Shown here: positions 58,371-64,000 of the stretch, piece after piece
How positions within the stretch are numbered: position 1 is the first letter of the stretch
How the letters are laid out: each line of letters starts with the position of its first letter
Assembly: GCA_009885545.1 (NCBI GenBank)
Contig: VFKM01000012.1
Span: 23,667-87,666, forward strand
DNA from: Flavobacteriales bacterium
Lineage (GTDB): Bacteria > Bacteroidota > Bacteroidia > Flavobacteriales_D > Crocinitomicaceae
DNA length: 64,000 nt
Direction of reading: 5' to 3'
Position numbers and translations under genes: made by a program
The notes under the pieces: generated by a model
Told to the model about the DNA's origin: nothing
The model's input: the letters and a program-made list of their open reading frames with translations, nothing else
The model's database searches: none

Positions 58371-58931
58371 ATGTTAAAACCAATATTAAAAACAGCACTC
58401 CAGAATTCTACTGGGAAAGAAATGTCATTCACATTCAGATCACCTCTTGAATCTCTAAATGGCTCCTATAAAGTCACATCTGTAAAAACGGGAAGAGGAA
58501 AAGGTGGAAGCCTTTTGGTTACAATGCAGAATCTTGCAACAGGTGAATCTCTATCACAAGTCACAGTTGATGGAAAGCAATTAAATTTCGGAACATCCGT
58601 ATCTGAGCACATTGTCAATCTCACAGTTGATGGCACTCTTTTTGGACCTAATTCTGCCGAAGAAGATATGGACAACCTTCCAAAGGATGCAGAGATGGCA
58701 GTCAAACTAAGAGAAGCAATGACGCCTTATCTCGGCAAAGAAGGAACAAAAATTACAATTACATCCAAACTTCCTTCACTAAATGGCGAATGGTCCATTT
58801 TGAGTGGGGTTAGATCGCCTGGAGTATTTGGTCAGCTTCGATTCAGTCTTCTTGGAAAAAATGGTGAAAAACAGGACTTTTGGACATATAGACACTCGGG
58901 AGTTATTTCAGATATTTTGATTTCAGATTAA
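58371..58931 (+). CDS. protein with two internal G(R/K)xG-loop beta repeats (186 aa)
   Basis: The internal repeat pairs SLNGSYKVTSVKTGRGKGGSLLVTMQNLATGE with SLNGEWSILSGVRSPGVFGQLRFSLLGKNGE. Has an AAGGAAAGAAG SD and looks richer in G/C than the flanking sequence by eye. Confidence 0.7.
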   Translation: MLKPILKTALQNSTGKEMSFTFRSPLESLNGSYKVTSVKTGRGKGGSLLVTMQNLATGESLSQVTVDGKQLNFGTSVSEHIVNLTVDGTLFGPNSAEEDMDNLPKDAEMAVKLREAMTPYLGKEGTKITITSKLPSLNGEWSILSGVRSPGVFGQLRFSLLGKNGEKQDFWTYRHSGVISDILISD

Positions 58932-59870
58932 AGATCCTATCGTCCAACCTTTATATTTTTTCTGGTGTCCATTAACAAGAGATCTTAATCTTTTAGCAAC
59001 TAATCCATGATCTTTTGCAAATTTGGATAGATTCTTTATATTTTGAAATTTGTCTCCAATTGGAGAATTTAAAATAAATCCAGAAAAAATCTTGCCATCT
59101 TTAATTACTTTCCACTTGTCTGCTTCTTTTAATTTATTATTAATATCGGCTTCAGACAACAAGTTATTAACAGAATAAGCAGTCCAACCACGGGTTGTTT
59201 TTTGCCTTCCGACTACTGTTGCGTGCAGCTTACTTGGACATAAGTCATGATCTCTAGCAAACTGTGCTAAATTTTTTATATTATAAAATTTTTCACCTTC
59301 TGGTGAAACTATAATAAACTCTGAAAAAGTTTTTGCGCATGCTTCTATACCTTTTTTGAAATTTTTCATGATATTTTCTGCAAATAGAATATCAATTTTC
59401 ATTTTTTCTTTTACAAGAACTGATTTTTTTCGACTCATTTCTGGGTTTTCAAGATTAAATTTTATTAATGCTTTTGACATACGTTTTCTTGTTTCTTCTG
59501 GAGTGTGAGAAAAACAAGATTTATCTCCAGTCGCTGGATGTTTTTCTATATTATAAATTTTATCTTGGATATCAAACTTGGCAATCCATTTTTCTTCATA
59601 TGGATTTCTTTGAAATTTTGTGGTTCCAGGTAACAACTCTAAAATATAAAATTCAAGGAAATCATCATTTCCTAATTCTAGAAAACATTTGTTAAAATCT
59701 CTTTGAAAAAATTTATTTCTATGCTTATTTCTTTTTAAACAAGTTCCATGCCCAGTTTCCCATCTTGTTTTGAACTGTTTTGCTCCTCCAATATAAACTC
59801 TTCCAGAATGAGTATTAACAATTTTATAGATTCCAGAATTTAGTTCTTCACCATTATAAAAATATTTCAT
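58923..59870 (-). CDS. GIY-YIG homing endonuclease with two C-terminal HTH-like repeats
   Basis: GIYKIVNTHSGRVYIGGAKQF, followed by two copies of F..F.....G.K..NIKNL..FA.DH.L....L......K..+GW. Start trimmed to ATG 59868-59870. Confidence 0.8.
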   Translation of the reverse strand: MKYFYNGEELNSGIYKIVNTHSGRVYIGGAKQFKTRWETGHGTCLKRNKHRNKFFQRDFNKCFLELGNDDFLEFYILELLPGTTKFQRNPYEEKWIAKFDIQDKIYNIEKHPATGDKSCFSHTPEETRKRMSKALIKFNLENPEMSRKKSVLVKEKMKIDILFAENIMKNFKKGIEACAKTFSEFIIVSPEGEKFYNIKNLAQFARDHDLCPSKLHATVVGRQKTTRGWTAYSVNNLLSEADINNKLKEADKWKVIKDGKIFSGFILNSPIGDKFQNIKNLSKFAKDHGLVAKRLRSLVNGHQKKYKGWTIGSLI

Positions 59871-59874
59871 TTCT

Positions 59875-60852
59875 TTATCCCAGAAGCATTTTCTTTCCAA
59901 GAGGTTGATTTGCCAATGTTTTTGGGGGTCCATTCTGCGGTTGATTTTGTTGCCTTCTCAAACCATCTGTTAATAATTGATATCCCATAGGATTTTGTGA
60001 TTGTTGCCCACGAGCGATGGCTTCTTTTGGAACAAAGATAGTTCTAACTTGTCCCATTGGAGGACAGATCAATTCAACAAGCTCAGTTAACATATTTGGA
60101 TTTCTCTGAAGAACCTCCATATTCACTGCTTGTTGTTGTGGAGGAACAACATAAGCTTTTATTATTCCTTTGAATGTATATTGCCTAGAAGCTAAATCAG
60201 AACCAATCTGTCCAAGACCTCTAACAAGAGGAATAACTCCTCCAAAACTACCATACTGAATTCCAACAAAACAAGGATGTCCTTCTAGTAACCTACATTC
60301 TTGTGAATTTTGCTGTTGTGGTTGATTAAAGTTATTATTACTGTTTCCCATTAACGCTGTTGTCCTTTGGTTTCCGACTTCATGAAGTCTTGTCAAACTA
60401 TGTTGCGGGAATGGAGATTGACCTTTTTCTAGAGATTGTTGTATTTGAGATACTTGTCCTCTAAGATTTGCAGGAACATGACTATATTGATCTTCTACGG
60501 ATATTGCTTCTCCTGATTGAGATCTCATCTGAGCAAACCTCGACTGAATTGCTTGAGACATACCATCCAAATCTGCATTTATTTCAAAGTTTCCAGCAGA
60601 TTCTCTATCCATTACTTTTCCTCCAAGATGGGCTGGACCAAAATAACGAGCATTTGTATATTTTTCTACAACTATTTTAGTATAAGGATCATTTATAATA
60701 TATCCTCCTTGTTGGTTTGTGGAAGTATTGATTTTTTTATCAAGATAAGAATCATTTCTTGCCACTGGTCGAGAATCATTGCTTCTTATTCTTTGATGGA
60801 TTCTTTTATCCATCCACTCAGATGAACCATCGTCCCAATTATTTATTGCCAT
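59875..60852 (-). CDS. hypothetical (probably structural) protein (325 aa)
   Basis: ORF track. Start trimmed to ATG 60850-60852, which has an AAGGA SD. Confidence 0.6.
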   Translation of the reverse strand: MAINNWDDGSSEWMDKRIHQRIRSNDSRPVARNDSYLDKKINTSTNQQGGYIINDPYTKIVVEKYTNARYFGPAHLGGKVMDRESAGNFEINADLDGMSQAIQSRFAQMRSQSGEAISVEDQYSHVPANLRGQVSQIQQSLEKGQSPFPQHSLTRLHEVGNQRTTALMGNSNNNFNQPQQQNSQECRLLEGHPCFVGIQYGSFGGVIPLVRGLGQIGSDLASRQYTFKGIIKAYVVPPQQQAVNMEVLQRNPNMLTELVELICPPMGQVRTIFVPKEAIARGQQSQNPMGYQLLTDGLRRQQNQPQNGPPKTLANQPLGKKMLLG

Positions 60853-60912
60853 TTTATGCAAAATCCTTTTATAGTAATTATTATAAGAAGTAGAAAGATT
60901 GGGCAAGCAAAT

Positions 60913-61095
60913 ATGGAAGTTGATCTATTAAATTCTGAAAACCTTAAAAAACTATTTGATTCAATTGATAAAGATTGTGCCCAAAGGCTCGCAATGAGTG
61001 CTGTTGCAGGAAGAAGAAAATTTCTAATTCAACTTAATATTGAATGTGGAATTCAGGTTCTAAGAGATGAGGCAAAAGAGAAGAAAGTAAAATGA
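60913..61095 (+). CDS. hypothetical protein (60 aa)
   Basis: Start trimmed to ATG 60913. Confidence 0.45.
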   Translation: MEVDLLNSENLKKLFDSIDKDCAQRLAMSAVAGRRKFLIQLNIECGIQVLRDEAKEKKVK

Positions 61096-61122
61096 TATTT
61101 TTGTTATTCGCCACTTGGGCTA

Positions 61123-61965
61123 TTATTTTGATTTACTGCGTTTTTTTGTTGAAGAAGCCTTAAAAGTTTTTCCAACAACTGTAGCTACTCCACCAGAGCC
61201 AGGATGTCTCCATGGATTTAATTTATCCATCAATGTTTCAACATCATCTTTTTTTGATTCATTCATAGAGATATTTCCATCTGGAGCAAATGCAACTGGA
61301 TTTACTATTGTTCCCATTATCCCTGGTCTTGTTTCGACTCCATCTTCCATATCAGTCAAATATAAATCATCATTTGATGTTTCTTCATTTGGGACATATT
61401 CTTTATGTGCTGCCAGTTGATTAAATCTAAAATCTTTAGGTTCTTTTCCTCTGCCAAGACTTTTATATGGGTTCGCTTTATTGGATTGTGATTTTTTCAT
61501 ATTGTTAACTATTTTACTCTCTTCCATCGAGCCATTACCAAACCATTGAACATCTGTATCTCTATTCATATTATCCCCAGCATCTTCTGGTTCTCTTCTA
61601 TCTTGATCTCTATCAAGAGGAACTTGGTCTACTGGATCTATAAGAGCATTAATTCGATTAAGACCTGGTAAATCTCTATAACCAGATCTCATAGCATCAT
61701 TAACAGCCAACTGAGTCTCATATATCGGCCTGTTATCCATAGCAACCGGAAACTTTAAACCAATATTTGATTGTTCTTCTTCATTATCCTTTAAACCATC
61801 CCATTCTGTCGGCATAGCAAGTTGTCTTCTATTTGAATGACCAAATGCATCACCATATAATAGTTTTTTAATGCTAGTATCGCCAGTTGTTCCATAAGAT
61901 TGATATTGATCAACATCAGGTTCAAACCATTTATTTTTTTCGAAAGAACTCATTTGTTTTGTCAT
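61123..61965 (-). CDS. hypothetical protein (280 aa)
   Basis: ORF track. The antisense ORF 61115..61420 is rejected. Confidence 0.65.
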   Translation of the reverse strand: MTKQMSSFEKNKWFEPDVDQYQSYGTTGDTSIKKLLYGDAFGHSNRRQLAMPTEWDGLKDNEEEQSNIGLKFPVAMDNRPIYETQLAVNDAMRSGYRDLPGLNRINALIDPVDQVPLDRDQDRREPEDAGDNMNRDTDVQWFGNGSMEESKIVNNMKKSQSNKANPYKSLGRGKEPKDFRFNQLAAHKEYVPNEETSNDDLYLTDMEDGVETRPGIMGTIVNPVAFAPDGNISMNESKKDDVETLMDKLNPWRHPGSGGVATVVGKTFKASSTKKRSKSK

Positions 61966-62048
61966 GGATTTATAACTTGTTAAAATTTTAAAAAGTAAAT
62001 TGAATTATTACATAATAGTTATTGCTGACAAAGGTAATATAAATACAA

Positions 62049-62507
62049 ATGCCAATAAAAACAACAGTAGGAGCCGCTCAAGGCGTTGTGGAAACAAACA
62101 ATGGATCTGGTCTCCAAATTGAAAGAGACCCAGGCCATAAAGGATTTGCCCCATTTCAAGTATATAGCATTAAAACAGTAACATCACAGGTATCAATGTC
62201 AGTAGATGATGCCGGAGTTATTATAGTATCAGGTTCAGCAGGAATCGTTCCTGTTTTGATGCCTTCCGCTAGTTTATGCCCAGGGTCTATGTGGACTTTT
62301 ATCAATAAAAGCCTTGATTCTCATTATTTAAGCTCTTCAACTTATGGATCAGCTAATGGATCGGCTACATTTAATAACGGAACCACGGGAGGCTCCAGGC
62401 TTCAACTAGCTAACGTTATCAACCAATCAATTACCTTGTTATCAGACGGAGTAAATTTTACGGTTTTAGGAGGCACGTCTAGCTCGATATCAATTTCTGG
62501 TACGTAA
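62049..62507 (+). CDS. hypothetical (possibly structural) protein (152 aa)
   Basis: ORF track. S/T/G-rich, with a beta-type composition. Confidence 0.6.
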   Translation: MPIKTTVGAAQGVVETNNGSGLQIERDPGHKGFAPFQVYSIKTVTSQVSMSVDDAGVIIVSGSAGIVPVLMPSASLCPGSMWTFINKSLDSHYLSSSTYGSANGSATFNNGTTGGSRLQLANVINQSITLLSDGVNFTVLGGTSSSISISGT

Positions 62508-62614
62508 AATATTACACGTACGTACCTCACCTTACTGAAAAGGAACCAAGATGAAAATTTTGGTTCCTTTTCTTTATCAAATAAATTGATTCCACTAGCA
62601 TATCACCTGTTAAT

Positions 62615-63463
62615 ATGAAATATTTTTATGATGGACACGAGAAAGATTCTGGAATATATAAAATTTTAAATACTCATACCGGAAGAGTATACATTGGACA
62701 AGCAAAGCAGTTTGATGATAGGTGGCCAAGGCATAGGCGCGATTTGTATAAAAAGAAAAAGAAAACTCCAATTCTACAAAATGACTTTAATAAATGCTTA
62801 AAGGAGCTTGGGCATGATGATTTCTTGGAATTCTATGTTCTGGAAGTTCTCCCAGGAACTACAAGGTTACAAAGAAATCCATTTGAAGAGAAATGGATTT
62901 CCATATTTGATATTCCTGATAAAATATATAATATAGAAAAACATCCAGCATCTGGTGATCCTTCTTGTTTCTCTCACACTCCAGAAGAAACAAAGGTAAA
63001 ATTATCCATCGCTGTCAAGAAGATGTGGGAAAATAAAGATATAAGAATTAAAATAACAGAATTATCTAAGCAAAGATGGCAAAATCCAAAATATAGAGAG
63101 TCAAGAACCAAACAGATACAAGAATATAGTTCGAAACCAGAAACAAAAGAAAAAAGAAGCAAGGTTGCAAAAGAAAGATATAACGACCCTGTTATCGGAG
63201 AAACAATTAAAACAACCTTGGCAGATGCAAGGTTAAAACAACTTGGAACAAAGGCAGCCATAGAAATAAATGCCAAAACATTTTCTGGTTTTATTTTAAC
63301 ATCTCCAACTGGAGAAAAATATCAAAATATAAAAAATCTTGCACAGTTTGCAAGAGATCACCAATTAAATGAAAGCGGACTAAGAGCATTTATATATTGC
63401 AAAAGAGAGTCCTATAATGGCTGGCGTCTTGTCCCAGTTGAATCGTCCGATAATATCTCTTGA
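62615..63463 (+). CDS. GIY-YIG homing endonuclease with one C-terminal HTH-like repeat
   Basis: GIYKILNTHTGRVYIGQAKQF. Paralog of 58923..59870, in inverted orientation. Confidence 0.8.
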   Translation: MKYFYDGHEKDSGIYKILNTHTGRVYIGQAKQFDDRWPRHRRDLYKKKKKTPILQNDFNKCLKELGHDDFLEFYVLEVLPGTTRLQRNPFEEKWISIFDIPDKIYNIEKHPASGDPSCFSHTPEETKVKLSIAVKKMWENKDIRIKITELSKQRWQNPKYRESRTKQIQEYSSKPETKEKRSKVAKERYNDPVIGETIKTTLADARLKQLGTKAAIEINAKTFSGFILTSPTGEKYQNIKNLAQFARDHQLNESGLRAFIYCKRESYNGWRLVPVESSDNIS

Positions 63464-63494
63464 TTCGGTCGCCAAAGTGTCCTAATCTCCATCC

Positions 63495-64000
63495 ATGGAA
63501 TCAGACACAAATACAGAAGTTATCGTCATCCAAGATACAACTCTAAAAATCCCAAAACCAAAACTTTTTATGAATCGCCTTAAGGCAAAAGAATTCTTTA
63601 AAACTTTTCCGGTTGAGAAAATTCAAGAATATAAAGATTATTGGGAAAAGGTATCGCCAAAAACAAATGAAGATATCTTCAGAAGATATCTATTTGCTTT
63701 TTGCTCTGTTCATACAACATGGGAAGGGAATATCAGAGGATATAATGCTATTAAAGATTTTAATCAATGGATTGATAATAAAGAACTTCTTTTAGAGAAA
63801 CTAAAGAATTCTGGTGTTGGATTGCATAATAACAGGACTAAATATATTTGGGCCTTCAAGGATCAATTTTGGAAGAATCCAAAAGAATTCTATTTTACAT
63901 CTAAAAAAGGTCATGTAAAGAAGCGAGATGAAATCGCTAGCAAAATCAAAGGACTTGGACTAGCAAAAGTCAGTTTTGCTCTAGAAATGATTCATCCAAA
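63495..64000 (+). CDS. HhH-type DNA glycosylase-like protein (N-terminal 168 aa; runs off window)
   Basis: Hand-translated open frame from ATG 63495 to the window end. It is absent from the track because it is truncated. Has the helix-hairpin-helix-like segment IKGLGLAKVSFALEM. Confidence 0.4.
   Translation, partial: MESDTNTEVIVIQDTTLKIPKPKLFMNRLKAKEFFKTFPVEKIQEYKDYWEKVSPKTNEDIFRRYLFAFCSVHTTWEGNIRGYNAIKDFNQWIDNKELLLEKLKNSGVGLHNNRTKYIWAFKDQFWKNPKEFYFTSKKGHVKKRDEIASKIKGLGLAKVSFALEMIHP

Noticed and set aside
1-64000. A prophage, integrative element or defence island.
   Set aside because: I recognised no integrase, att-like direct repeats, host housekeeping genes, or restriction, CBASS or CRISPR components. 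The content is consistent with a contiguous lytic phage genome.

Overview
This 64-kb window looks like part of a lytic T4-superfamily tailed phage genome. It has no integrase, rRNA or CRISPR array. All calls rest on motif recall and hand analysis; no searches were run.

Recognisable genes:
- Core phage genes: rIIA and rIIB, a gp20-like portal split by a 424-aa LAGLIDADG intein, and a gp21-like prohead protease.
- RNA-repair type enzymes: Rnl1-type and Rnl2-type RNA ligases (the Rnl2 is frameshifted), a minimal ATP-dependent ligase, and a Thg1-like 3'-5' nucleotidyltransferase.
- Other enzymes and regulators: a full-length sigma-70-family factor, an ImmA/IrrE-like metallopeptidase, an ADP-ribosylglycohydrolase, an NT5C nucleotidase and a RecA-fold ATPase.
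- Homing endonucleases: two HNH and two GIY-YIG.

The window has two compositional parts:
- 1-12.7 kb (hand-sampled 60-nt lines 38-47% GC) is a run of about 36 short minus-strand genes, most with their own promoter.
- 12.8-64 kb (hand-sampled lines 22-32% GC) is AT-rich and carries a few GC-rich islands.

Main findings:
1. About 45 copies of a highly stereotyped promoter, AATCAGTTGATAAT-N17-TA(A/G)GAT. In about 25 of them the ATG lies 5-8 nt after the -10 hexamer, which implies leaderless mRNAs.
2. An expansion of at least 30 paralogs of a small protein family (motifs GxLY ... DWLIYLG ... FLxKG ... FxxIS) that I cannot assign to any named family.
3. A Thg1-like gene followed by micropeptide genes and a separately promoted non-canonical tRNA-like gene.
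4. A 0.8-kb ORF-poor, GC-rich segment bounded by a 27-bp perfect inverted repeat built from the promoter.
5. A GC-rich paralog trio with an EF-P-loop-like motif.
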